A stretch of 64,000 nt of DNA from the NCBI GenBank assembly GCA_963811165.1, contig CAWEQH010000010.1:1024001-1088000 (forward strand). Direction: 5' to 3'. The stretch is from an uncultured Nitrospiraceae bacterium. Its GTDB lineage: Bacteria > Nitrospirota > Thermodesulfovibrionia > Thermodesulfovibrionales > UBA6898. Below, piece after piece: positions 30,588 to 40,094 of this stretch. A program made the translations under genes and the position numbers. The notes under the pieces are model-generated. The model ran no database searches, was not told the DNA's origin, and worked only from the letters and a program-made list of their open reading frames with translations. Each line of letters begins with the position of its first letter. Within the stretch, counting starts at the first letter, position 1.

Positions 30588-31364
30588 CTACTCACCTGAA
30601 AGTTCGATGGTGAATCTTTCCAACAGATTGGCGAGATATTCGATATCGATATGCGCCTCTGCACCGCTGTCGAATAAAATTTTGCAATCGGCATCGAACT
30701 CTTCGTCGGCGGACCAGAAAGAAAGGAAAAGAGGCACATTCGGCAGGAGGTCGAACCTGAAGCTATAATCTGCCTTTAGCTTGTTTGAAGCTGCGGCACC
30801 ACCCAATTCCTCGCAACGCCGTCTTAAGCGGAGCTCATTATTATTGAAAATGACGGCCATCTTTCTCTCTGCGTTGCTCTGGAACGCCTTCACAAGGGAT
30901 GCGGTATGGGGAAAGTGCCCAAGCCCTATCCATTCCCCCGTGGGAGGTCTTGATGACTGTCTGCGTATATAATCACAGATAATTATCCTGGCCCAGGTGT
31001 CGCGGCTGCATACATTATTTTCGGATAAACCCTCTTTAAAAAGTTCGTATGTCTTATTAATCATTGTCAGCCGTATGGCCTCTTTGCCGCCAAAGGATAT
31101 ATACGCGCCGCCTACCGCTTCCGCCGCCTGCTTGAAATCGACACTTACCGCCTCTTTCTCGATCTCTTCCGCGACCTGCTCGTACCCTCCCGGGGACGCG
31201 GTAAGTGAATCAGTTTGCGGCCCGAGGGATGCCCCGTCTTTTACATAGGGGCAGCTAGACAGATCCGCCTGCGCTTTCTTAATCCTCATGGCAAAAACCA
31301 TACAAGTAGCTGAACCGCACTCCCCGCAGTTTGTCTTCGGAAGTTTTTTATAGATCTCTATCAT
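30588..31364 (-). CDS. DUF3786 protein with N-terminal 4Fe-4S domain (AcsC/RnfB N-terminal type)
   Basis: IYKKLPKTNCGECGSATCMVFA...CP; LPNVP...FW.ADEEF....ILFD. Confidence 0.85.
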   Translation of the reverse strand: MIEIYKKLPKTNCGECGSATCMVFAMRIKKAQADLSSCPYVKDGASLGPQTDSLTASPGGYEQVAEEIEKEAVSVDFKQAAEAVGGAYISFGGKEAIRLTMINKTYELFKEGLSENNVCSRDTWARIIICDYIRRQSSRPPTGEWIGLGHFPHTASLVKAFQSNAERKMAVIFNNNELRLRRRCEELGGAAASNKLKADYSFRFDLLPNVPLFLSFWSADEEFDADCKILFDSGAEAHIDIEYLANLLERFTIELSGE

Positions 31365-31444
31365 CTAAATTTTATCCAATTAAAAAATGAGCAAGGATGA
31401 TTTAGATATATTGTATCCGACTAGGTTCAGTACTCATATGACGT

Positions 31445-32768
31445 CACTAGTGTCCGGTTAAGAAGTGAATAAATTCAACTGGTTTTGATTTTCGAGCATA
31501 ACTGAACGTTCTTCGATAGTCTGAAATGCTTGTTGCAAAGGCATTTTCTCGAAAAGGGTAATCGAGAGAATCTGTAACAATGTATAAAGGGATGCATCGA
31601 GATTGAGCTTTTTCTTGATGATGGCGATGAGTACATACATGGAAACGGCGATCCAGATTTGGGTCTTCACAGCGTTTTCCGATGTACCATAAAACCGTTT
31701 GATGCGAAGATGCTGTTTGATCCATTTGAAGAACAGTTCGATCTGCCAACGGCTTTTGTAGAGTGCAGCGATTGTGAGTGCTGATAGAGTCGTGTTGTTG
31801 GTAAGAAAGATCAGAGTTTTGTCTCTCTCGATATCTTTGAAGCGAATACGACGCAAATGTTCGGGGTAATGACAATGACTGTAGTAGCCGTTCAACATAA
31901 TGCTCTGGTCGCAGATAATGCCAGAGGATCGGTCGACGGGCGCAGAGTATACGCGCCTTGCATTGAGGTTCGACTTTGTGCGGGTCACAAAGAAACTGCC
32001 TGCCCGGTGCAACGCATAAAGACGAGCGAAGTCCATATATGCCCGATCCATGATGTAGAACGCCCCAGGTTCCGCAATAAGCAGGTCGAGAATATTGATG
32101 TCGTGCCACTTGCCGTCGGTGATGTGAATGAAACTGGGGATTGCACCCTTGAGATCCAAAAGTGTATGGACTTTGACTGCGGCTTTTGTATCGCGGAACG
32201 GAGCCCATGGGAACACCGAAAGACAAAGATCGATGGTTGTGGAGTCCAGCGCATAAACCGTGTTGGAAAGATCGAGTCCCAAATCCTCGTCTGCGTAGAG
32301 CCTTCTTGCTTGAGCGATCAGTCTCTGCGCAAAATCGGCGTAGATGCGCCAGTCTCGGGATTCGTTTGCGTCGGCCAGAGTCGACCGAGAAATCGCTCCG
32401 TTGAGACCCATATGGTAAAGCTTCGAAGCCTGAGCCGAAAGGCACGCTTCTATATCGCGCAGACTCTCCCGATAGGTCAATTGGGCGAATGCCAAGATGC
32501 GAAACTGCTCCGTGCAGCGAAAGGTACGAATACGATGATCGCCTCCATAGCGAGCGACTATACGATGAAATGTGCTCCAAGGGAGAAAATCCATGATTTG
32601 CGCAAATAGGGTCTTGCCAGTATACATTGGCACCTCCGGGAATTTCAGTTCCAGAAGGATTGCCCATTCGGCGATATCTATTCAAGTCGACACCACCAAA
32701 AATATTGCAAATATTCTTATCTGTCATATAGTTTTAAGTATCAGCCGTTTCTTAACCGGACAGCACTG
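31445..32768 (-). mobile_element. IS4-family insertion sequence, apparently intact, 9-bp TSD
   Basis: 20-bp IRs CACTAGTGTCCGGTTAAGAA / CAGTGCTGTCCGGTTAAGAA (17/20). Direct repeat ATATGACGT at 31436-31444 and 32769-32777. Confidence 0.93.
31458..32633 (-). CDS. IS4-family DDE transposase (DUF4372-type N-terminus)
   Basis: FAQLTYRESLRDIE, ALDSTTI, MDRAY, Y..RW.IE.FFKWIKQ (YREK motif). Confidence 0.95.
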   Translation of the reverse strand: MPMYTGKTLFAQIMDFLPWSTFHRIVARYGGDHRIRTFRCTEQFRILAFAQLTYRESLRDIEACLSAQASKLYHMGLNGAISRSTLADANESRDWRIYADFAQRLIAQARRLYADEDLGLDLSNTVYALDSTTIDLCLSVFPWAPFRDTKAAVKVHTLLDLKGAIPSFIHITDGKWHDINILDLLIAEPGAFYIMDRAYMDFARLYALHRAGSFFVTRTKSNLNARRVYSAPVDRSSGIICDQSIMLNGYYSHCHYPEHLRRIRFKDIERDKTLIFLTNNTTLSALTIAALYKSRWQIELFFKWIKQHLRIKRFYGTSENAVKTQIWIAVSMYVLIAIIKKKLNLDASLYTLLQILSITLFEKMPLQQAFQTIEERSVMLENQNQLNLFTS

Positions 32769-32820
32769 ATATGACGTATATCATTAAAATCGGCGCTTTT
32801 TCCATCGTTCCGCATTTTCA

Positions 32821-32840
32821 GGACAGATGTACTCGCTACA
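32821..32840. mobile_element. Relic terminal fragment of a second IS1202-like copy
   Basis: GGACAGATGTACTCGCTACA matches the element end GGACAGTTTATGTGCTCGCTACA (34161-34183) and abuts the same 16-bp target. Confidence 0.7.
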
Positions 32841-32856
32841 GATTATCAAATATTTG

Positions 32857-34183
32857 TGTTGTCAACAAATAGAGTTGTCCGGTTTTAGAGCAGATAAACT
32901 GTCCGGTCCGTAGCTAGTTGATATCAGGCTGCTTTTTTGTTTAGTTTTGAGACCTCCTTCCCCTTGGAATTAAAGGCTATCAATTTTCTGTGCCCATGGA
33001 ATATTGCTAGGTTGCCGTTTGGATAGCGATGGACACGGACCTTTACTTTGACATAGTGAAAGCGATATTTATCGGCTGGAATCTGAAGGGTTAGGGCATC
33101 GAATTTGACACAGTTGTTGTTGCCGACCGTCCGCTCATATTGTTCGCAGAGGATGTCTTGAAGAGGTGTTCCGGCCGAAGGGACAAACATACTGGCAGGC
33201 TCCTCAGCGGATACGGCAAATTCATCGTTAAAGGCGGGAAGATACACATCACGGATATAGGCATTGGCCTGTTTCATCTCAGTGATGCCGGCTATGGCAA
33301 GTTCCTTTACAAGGCGCTCCTGATGAGTGCGGAAGGCGCGTTCAGAGCGTCCTCGGGCCTCAGGGGAATAGGCCGGGATCATCTCTATCCCTAACTGCCT
33401 CATGGCACGGCCAAATTGTGTCAGATTCTCCTTATCCACTTTCCCCCCAGCCTCTGGGGTATTCCAGTAGTGGCTGCCGCGATCCGTGTACAGTGAGGCA
33501 AATACTCCATGCTCGACGATCACCTCACTGACTCCCTGAAAACTGCTCTGAGTTCCTTCTTCATCGATAAAAAACATCGAGTAATGTCCATTGCTGGCAT
33601 CATCCATTGTTACAATCAGATCCCATAACTTCCCAGGCACCCACTCATGCTGTGGAGCCGTCCTGATGCAGCATCATGCCAATATACGGAGCTCTTGGAC
33701 GCTGTCTCCGGTGGGTTCCCTTTCTCGAATCCTTATGCACAAGTCCCTTGCCCTGAAGAGTATTCTTTACCCAGGTGTAGCTCCTCATGCCCTCATGAGC
33801 CCGCCTGATACCAACTGTAAAAGTGCTTAACCGTCAATCCCTGATACCGGTGGTTGTATAAATCTGCCAGGGCTACTACCTCATCAACAGGCGCACTGCG
33901 GTGTGATATTTGCCCTAAACGCCTATCTATAAGCCCCTCCATCCCCTGCTCCTCATATCGCACCAGATAACGACGGTACGTCCGCTCGCATACTCCAAGC
34001 AACCTCGCCGCCTCCTCCTGCGTCAATCTCCCCCTTTGACATCCCTCATATGCTTCCTCAAATCTCATCTTCCGTACCTCCTGTAGTAGTGCTGTCCTCT
34101 TCATGAATGGCACCTCCGTGCCATCAAATCTTAACCGGACAGTTTATGTGCTACAGATACGGACAGTTTATGTGCTCGCTACA
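32857..34183 (-). mobile_element. IS1202-like (ISNCY) insertion sequence with 16-bp target duplication
   Basis: TGT...ACA termini with doubled internal CGGACA boxes at both ends. GATTATCAAATATTTG duplicated at 32841-32856 and 34184-34199. Confidence 0.88.
32924..34113 (-). pseudogene. ISNCY/IS1202-type DDE transposase split by two frameshifts (~33805, ~33652)
   Basis: HTH LTQEEAARLLGV.ERT.RR; middle frame HRRQRPR...GMMLHQDGS; then HEW...DDAS, LYTDRGS, SPEARGRSERAF.T.QERL. Confidence 0.88.
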
Positions 34184-34199
34184 GATTATCAAATATTTG

Positions 34200-34228
34200 T
34201 TGCCATTTGAATTGGCCGGAGGTAATAT
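34200..34228 (+). promoter_or_regulatory. Putative sigma70 promoter of cooS
   Basis: TTGCCA-N17-TAATAT starting immediately after the IS target duplication. Confidence 0.45.
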
Positions 34229-34354
34229 TTGAAATATGGATGGCTTCAGCGTTAAGACAATCCTCTCATATCTTGGCATCTCTTATACCTGTATTTTGGA
34301 ATTAAAAGCATTATTCATGTCTTATTATGTCTGATTAACAGTAAGGAGGCCGTT

Positions 34355-36268
34355 ATGTCTATGGAAAAATCCGTTGATAACAAAAGCCTTGATCCTGCTG
34401 TCCAGCAGATGATCGCCAAGGCCGGGGAGAAGGGGATAACTACTGTATGGGACAGGTACGAAGCCATGACCCCTCAATGCGGGTATGGTGATTCCGGACT
34501 TTGCTGCCGTAACTGCCTGCAGGGGCCCTGCAGGATAAACCCTTTCGGCGATGAGCCGAAAAAGGGGATATGCGGCTCATCCGCGGACGTCATGGTTGCC
34601 AGGTGGCTCGACCGGGCCATAGCCGCGGGCACAGCCGCCCACTCCGGCCACGCCAAGCACCTTGCGCATACCATGATGAAGATGGCCAAGGGACTGGCCC
34701 CTGATTACCACATAAAGGACACTGCAAAACTCAAAGCGGTTGCGACTCGTATCGGAATCGCTGTTGAGGGCAGGGCCGATATGGAGATCGCCGGAGATGT
34801 GGCATCTGCCGCCATGGCTGACTTTGCCGAGAAGGATACCCCTGTGCTATGGGCGGCCACGGTGGTGACCGAGGGACGTGTAAAGGCGCTCTCCGCCATA
34901 GGGGCCGTGCCGAAGGGCATAGACTCCGAGGTTTCCGAGATCATGCACCGTACGCTGTACGGGGTGGATGCCGACGCAGTGAACCTGCTTCTTGCGGGCA
35001 TCAGGTGCGGCGTTGCAGACCTGGCCGGATGCTATATGGGAACAGACCTTGCGGATATCCTCTTCGGAACTCCCACCCCCGTGGTATCAAAAGCCAATAT
35101 GGGAACGCTGAAGGCCGACATGGTCAACATCGCCGCCCATGGCCATAACCCGGTCCTCTCGGAGATGATTGTAACTGTTGCCGAAGAGATGAAGCAGGAG
35201 GCTGTGGCTGCCGGGGCCACAGGGATCAATGTAGTGGGCATATGCTGTACGGGGAATGAACTCCTGCAACGACATGGCATTCCTTCCTGTACGCACTCGG
35301 TAAGCCAGGAGATGGCGCTTCTGACAGGCGCCCTTGACGCTGTCGTCGTTGACTACCAATGCATCATGCCCTCGCTCGTGACAGTTGCCGAATGTATGGG
35401 CTCAAAAATAATAACGACCATGGATATATGCAAGATTACCGGCGCAGAGCATATTGAATTTACGGAAGAGGCCGCTGCAACAAAAGCCAAAGAGGTAATC
35501 AGGGTGGCCATCGAGGTCTTCAAAAAGAGGAAGGGCCAGCCGGTAGACATCCCGGACGTTCAAAGCAATGTAGTTGCAGGATTTTCGGCAGAGTCCATAG
35601 TGGCCGCGCTTGCAAAGGTCGATGCAAAAGACCCGCTTAAGCCCCTTGTCGATAATATCAAAAACGGCAACATCAGGGGGGTATGCCTGTTTGCCGGATG
35701 CAATAACGTCAAGGTGCCCCAGGACAGGAACTTCAAGATAATGGCCGAAAAACTGCTTAAGGAAAACGTGCTTGTCGTTGCCACAGGGTGCGGAGCCGGT
35801 GCGCTGATGAGACACGGCTTCATGGACCCGGCCAATGTCGGCACCTTGTGTGGAGATGGACTGAAGGCAGTGCTTACCGCCATTGGTGAGGCCAATGGAC
35901 TTGGCGGCCCGCTTCCTCCGGTGCTGCATCTTGGTTCATGCGTCGACAACTCGCGTGCGGTGGCGATCGTGGTTGCCCTTGCCAATTACCTCGGCGTGGA
36001 TACCGATAAGCTGCCTGTGGTTGCGTCTGCCGCCGAGGCGGTGTCCGAGAAGGCCGTCTCCATCGGTGTCTATGCCGTTGCCGCCGGACTGCCGACACAC
36101 GTAGGGGTAATGCTGCCTGTTCTGGGCAGCCCTGCGGTTACCGAAATCCTTACCGACAAGGTAAAGGGACTTACGGGCGGGTATTTCATTGTGGACCTGG
36201 ACCCTGAATCATCGGCCGATAAACTTTTGGCGGCAATCGATGAGCGCCGAAGGGGTCTTGGACTTTGA
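34355..36268 (+). CDS. cooS: Anaerobic Ni,Fe carbon-monoxide dehydrogenase catalytic subunit
   Basis: D/B-cluster CGYGDSGLCCRNCLQGPC..CG. All six C-cluster ligand motifs present: HGHNP, GICCTG, DYQC, GCNN, TGC, GSCVDN. Confidence 0.96.
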   Translation: MSMEKSVDNKSLDPAVQQMIAKAGEKGITTVWDRYEAMTPQCGYGDSGLCCRNCLQGPCRINPFGDEPKKGICGSSADVMVARWLDRAIAAGTAAHSGHAKHLAHTMMKMAKGLAPDYHIKDTAKLKAVATRIGIAVEGRADMEIAGDVASAAMADFAEKDTPVLWAATVVTEGRVKALSAIGAVPKGIDSEVSEIMHRTLYGVDADAVNLLLAGIRCGVADLAGCYMGTDLADILFGTPTPVVSKANMGTLKADMVNIAAHGHNPVLSEMIVTVAEEMKQEAVAAGATGINVVGICCTGNELLQRHGIPSCTHSVSQEMALLTGALDAVVVDYQCIMPSLVTVAECMGSKIITTMDICKITGAEHIEFTEEAAATKAKEVIRVAIEVFKKRKGQPVDIPDVQSNVVAGFSAESIVAALAKVDAKDPLKPLVDNIKNGNIRGVCLFAGCNNVKVPQDRNFKIMAEKLLKENVLVVATGCGAGALMRHGFMDPANVGTLCGDGLKAVLTAIGEANGLGGPLPPVLHLGSCVDNSRAVAIVVALANYLGVDTDKLPVVASAAEAVSEKAVSIGVYAVAAGLPTHVGVMLPVLGSPAVTEILTDKVKGLTGGYFIVDLDPESSADKLLAAIDERRRGLGL

Positions 36269-36325
36269 GGCCGTCTGCGGCCTCAACGCGATGGATTAAT
36301 GCACAACAATAACAAGGAGTATGCC

Positions 36326-36832
36326 ATGCAAGAGCCAAAGGAGATATTTGTAGATACGAGCAGATGTACCGCGTGCAAAACCTGCGAGATCGCATGTGCG
36401 GTCGCACATTCCAGGAGCGGGGACCTTTATGGCGCCTTACTGGAGAAGCCGGCACCCAAACGCAGACTCTATGTGGAATGGGTCAAGCCCGACACGAACG
36501 TCCCCATCCTCTGCAGGCACTGCGAGGACGCGCCCTGCATGCATGCCTGTATAAGCGGGGCGATAAGCCGGAACCGGGAGTCGGTGGTCATAACGGACAC
36601 TGATAAATGCATAGGATGCTGGACCTGTGTAATGGTCTGCCCTTACGGTGTTATCGGCCGGCACCTGGAGACCCATAAGTCCTACCGGTGCGACAGGTGT
36701 CCTGACAGGGAGACTCCGGCCTGTGTCAGTTCCTGTCCGACGAAGGCGCTGATTTACCGGACCGCGGAGTCATTCTCAAGAGATGTCCGAAAAGAGGCTG
36801 CCTCTAAATTGCTTAGCGGCAAGGACAAGTAA
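36326..36832 (+). CDS. cooF: CooF-like 4x[4Fe-4S] protein
   Basis: CTACKTCEIAC, CRHCEDAPC..AC, CIGCWTCVMVCP, CDRC...PACV.SCP; follows cooS. Confidence 0.88.
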   Translation: MQEPKEIFVDTSRCTACKTCEIACAVAHSRSGDLYGALLEKPAPKRRLYVEWVKPDTNVPILCRHCEDAPCMHACISGAISRNRESVVITDTDKCIGCWTCVMVCPYGVIGRHLETHKSYRCDRCPDRETPACVSSCPTKALIYRTAESFSRDVRKEAASKLLSGKDK

Positions 36833-36833
36833 A

Positions 36834-38087
36834 ATGACGGCAGACAGGGCCGATTACCTCATTATAGGCGGCAGTGCTGCCGGGATGGCAGCGGCGCAGG
36901 TCATACGGCAGCAGGACCCCGCAGGCAAAGTCACTGTGCTGTCGGAAGAGCCGGACATGCCCTATTTCAGGCCGATGATCCCCTATATAGTGACCGGCAG
37001 GAAGAAGGCAGAAAACATAGGACTGCAGGGAAATGGGCCGTATACAAATACCGGCATCGATATCCGCATCGGCACACGGGTCGATTCGGTGGATACCGGC
37101 CGGAAGACGATCGGCATAAACGGCAGGGACCGGCTGTCTTATGAAAGGCTGCTCCTGGCAACCGGCAGTCGTCCGAACATTCCTCCCGGTATTGAAGGGA
37201 CAAAAGCAGAAGGTGTTTTCGCGCTTCGGAAATTGACCGATGCCAGGGCCATGGCCCGAAGGGCGGACAACACCGGCCATGCCGTGATGCTCGGGGGCGG
37301 ATTGCTCAATCTCAAGGCCGCCTTCGCCCTTTTGGAAAGGGGCGTCAAGGTCACGCTGATAGTCCAGTCTCCTGAGGTCCTTTCACAGCTTATGGAGCCC
37401 GGCGATGCCGGGTTAATCCGCGATGCCCTTAATCGGGCGGGACTGCAGATAATAACGGGACACAGCGCAAGGGGGATCCTTTCAGACAAGAGCGGGGTTA
37501 GAGGTGTATCCCTTGATGACGGGTCCGAGATCGCCTGTCAGATGGTCTGTATCGGCAAAGGGGTGAGACCGAACGTCGATTTTCTCTCCGGCAGTGAGAT
37601 AGCGATAGACAAGGGTATTGTTGTGGACAGATATACGGCCTGCAATATGCCTCACACTTTTGCCGCCGGTGATGTGGCTGTTACCTTCGATCCTGTGACC
37701 GGTGGCAGGATAATGACCGCCCTTTGGACAAACGCGGTTGAGATGGGCAGATGCGCAGGCTATAACATGGCAGGCAGGAAGACCGCTTATTCCGGTACGT
37801 TCGGGATTATGAATGCTACACAGGTTGCGGACCTGCCTTTTGTCTCGATGGGCGTTGTTCATACGAGGAACACCGCTTATGAAGTACATGTCCACGCCTC
37901 GGGGTCAACCTACAGGAAAGTGGTTTTCAGCCCGGACGGTGAAAGGCTGGTCGGCGTACTCTTTATAGGCAATATTACCGGCGCGGGAATGTACAGGTAT
38001 GTGATAAGAGGGAACATGAATATAAGCAGGATCAAATCCCATATTGTGGATCAGACACTGCATTATGGACATTTTCTAAAAAGCTGA
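36834..38087 (+). CDS. FAD-dependent NAD(P) oxidoreductase (CODH-associated type)
   Basis: IIGGSAAG, LLLATGS, LGGGL, GVRPN, FAAGDVA. Confidence 0.9.
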   Translation: MTADRADYLIIGGSAAGMAAAQVIRQQDPAGKVTVLSEEPDMPYFRPMIPYIVTGRKKAENIGLQGNGPYTNTGIDIRIGTRVDSVDTGRKTIGINGRDRLSYERLLLATGSRPNIPPGIEGTKAEGVFALRKLTDARAMARRADNTGHAVMLGGGLLNLKAAFALLERGVKVTLIVQSPEVLSQLMEPGDAGLIRDALNRAGLQIITGHSARGILSDKSGVRGVSLDDGSEIACQMVCIGKGVRPNVDFLSGSEIAIDKGIVVDRYTACNMPHTFAAGDVAVTFDPVTGGRIMTALWTNAVEMGRCAGYNMAGRKTAYSGTFGIMNATQVADLPFVSMGVVHTRNTAYEVHVHASGSTYRKVVFSPDGERLVGVLFIGNITGAGMYRYVIRGNMNISRIKSHIVDQTLHYGHFLKS

Positions 38088-38255
38088 TGCAATTCCCAAA
38101 AAGGTAAATTGGGTCACTCGTTAAAGGCCATCCGATCAAGAGCGAACATCGACTTCCCCGGGTTGGGGAAACGCCTCTCGGTGGCCCACTCGTCCCGTGC
38201 CACATTCGAATACATACTTACCCATCAGGCGAGAACTGACCGAAGACATATCGTG

Positions 38256-38381
38256 CTTCCGGTGATGCAGGGACTAAGAAAACCGGTGAATGATCTCAGC
38301 CGGAGGGCAACGGTCACGGACATTGTGGATACCGTTGCGATAACCGCAATTCATGCGCAATCGATCGGACCGAAAAAGTGA
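38256..38381 (+). pseudogene. pta: Relic of phosphate acetyltransferase C-terminus
   Basis: [34 protein letters not shown]; the rest of the gene is absent. Confidence 0.82.
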
Positions 38382-38500
38382 AAATTCTTGTCCTCAACTC
38401 AGGCAGTTCTTCGATAAAGTACCGGCTGTTTGACGCACAGGATATTCCTGCTTGCAACCGGACTGCTGGAAAAGATAGGAGAGCCCGGCAGCCGGGTGCG
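38378..38500 (+). pseudogene. ackA: Relic of acetate kinase N-terminus
   Basis: GTG start overlapping the pta stop: KILVLNSGSSSIKYRLFD, then after a frameshift LLATGLLEKIGEPGS; truncated. Confidence 0.82.
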
Positions 38501-38576
38501 AGGTCGAAGAAGGCTTGAACCTTCGACATCGCCTTCACATCGGTCCTGAAGAGGTGAAACGGGAAAGGAGAAATTT

Positions 38577-40013
38577 ATGACACTGCCATCCAGCAAGACC
38601 AGGATCGTCTGCACCATAGGACCGGCCTCCGATTCTCCTGCGGTGTTAAAAGAGATGATCACCGCCGGAATGGATGTTGCGCGCCTCAACTTCTCTCACG
38701 GCGTCTTTGAAGACCATAAGAGAGTGATCGGCGCCATTCGTGCGGCGGCCGCCGAAGCAGGCAGACGGGTCTCGATCCTCGCGGACCTTCCGGGGCCGAA
38801 GATCCGCATAGGCATACTGGCCAGGGAACCGATCACTCTAAGGCCCGGTTCGTTATTTGATCTTGCCACCGAAGAGATCGTGGGAGACGATCATCGCGTC
38901 TGCGTCAGTTTCAGTAAATTGCCTAAGGTGGTAAAGCAGGGCGACATCCTTTTTTTGAGCGACGGCCTGATCCAGCTTGAGGTGATCGGAGTGGAAGGCG
39001 GCGTGGTGAACTGTCGGGTCCTGGTCGGCGGCGAGCTGCGGTCCAGAAAGGGCCTTAATCTGCCGGGTATCGACCTGGGCATCAGCGCTTTCACCACACA
39101 CGATCGCGAGTGCCTGCAATTTGCCCTCGAAGCGGGCGTCGACGCAGTCAGTCAGTCATTTGTCGAAGGCAGCCGGGACATTATGGCAGTCCGGGAGGCA
39201 GCGGCTTCCCTCGGTTATAATCCCTTTGTCATAGCCAAGATCGAGCGGTCGAGGGCACTGGATCATCTTGAGGAGATCATGGAGGCGGCAGACGGCATCA
39301 TGATCGCCCGCGGCGACCTCGGCGTCGAGATACCAATCGAGCGGATCGCGGTTGTACAAAAGCGCCTGATGCGCGAGGCAAACCTGCGGGCCAAGCCCGT
39401 GATTACGGCAACGCAGATGCTCGAATCGATGACCGATAACCGGAGGCCGACGAGGGCCGAGGCGACGGATGTGGCAAACGCCATTTTAGACGGCACCGAC
39501 TGCGTCATGCTCTCGGAAGAGTCGGCCACAGGCAAGTATCCGGTAGAGGCCGTCGCTGTCCTGAGAAGAATTGCCGCGGCCACCGAGCCGTACCGGACTG
39601 CGCTACGGCTGAAAGACGCGGCTCCTGAAAAATGCGGAGGGGGAGGCGAAGGCATCAAGGACCTCATCTCCCTCAGCGTAGAGACGATCTTTGAGCACGC
39701 CGCTCCGGCCGCGGTGTTCGTTCCCACAAGGAGCGGCGCTACGGCAAGGAGCATCGCCAGATTCAGGCTCCCGGTCTGGGTTGTCGCTGTCAGCTCTCAC
39801 GAAGCGACATGTCAGAGGCTTCAGTTCAGCTACGGAGTATATCCGGTGTACGAACCCGTGCATCCTGAGAACTGGCGAGTGTACGCCGGCGATTGGCTCG
39901 CCTCGCACAACGTCGAAGGCAAATTCGTCGTACTGACCCAGGGGCCCTCTTCGAAACACCCCGAAATGAGCCACCGCGTCGAGATCATCGAACTCGAAGA
40001 CCGAGACCGCTGA
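38577..40013 (+). CDS. pyk: Pyruvate kinase
   Basis: KTRIVCTIGPAS, RLNFSHG, DLPGPKIR, IAKIE, MIARGDLGVE, ATQMLESM, DVANAILDGTDCVMLS. Confidence 0.96.
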   Translation: MTLPSSKTRIVCTIGPASDSPAVLKEMITAGMDVARLNFSHGVFEDHKRVIGAIRAAAAEAGRRVSILADLPGPKIRIGILAREPITLRPGSLFDLATEEIVGDDHRVCVSFSKLPKVVKQGDILFLSDGLIQLEVIGVEGGVVNCRVLVGGELRSRKGLNLPGIDLGISAFTTHDRECLQFALEAGVDAVSQSFVEGSRDIMAVREAAASLGYNPFVIAKIERSRALDHLEEIMEAADGIMIARGDLGVEIPIERIAVVQKRLMREANLRAKPVITATQMLESMTDNRRPTRAEATDVANAILDGTDCVMLSEESATGKYPVEAVAVLRRIAAATEPYRTALRLKDAAPEKCGGGGEGIKDLISLSVETIFEHAAPAAVFVPTRSGATARSIARFRLPVWVVAVSSHEATCQRLQFSYGVYPVYEPVHPENWRVYAGDWLASHNVEGKFVVLTQGPSSKHPEMSHRVEIIELEDRDR

Positions 40014-40028
40014 CTACCCCACTTTTCC

Positions 40029-40055
40029 AAAAAAAAGGCGGGCCCTTTGCCCGCC
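40029..40055 (-). terminator. Intrinsic terminator between convergent genes
   Basis: GGCGGGC-N5-GCCCGCC with a T8 tract on the minus strand. Confidence 0.75.
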
Positions 40056-40094
40056 CCACGGATACATAGACAGCTTTGCTGCCGCCTCAATGAA

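Noticed and set aside
31447..32727. 426-aa alternative-frame ORF over the IS4 transposase
   Set aside because: No recognisable motifs; a shadow frame of the transposase.
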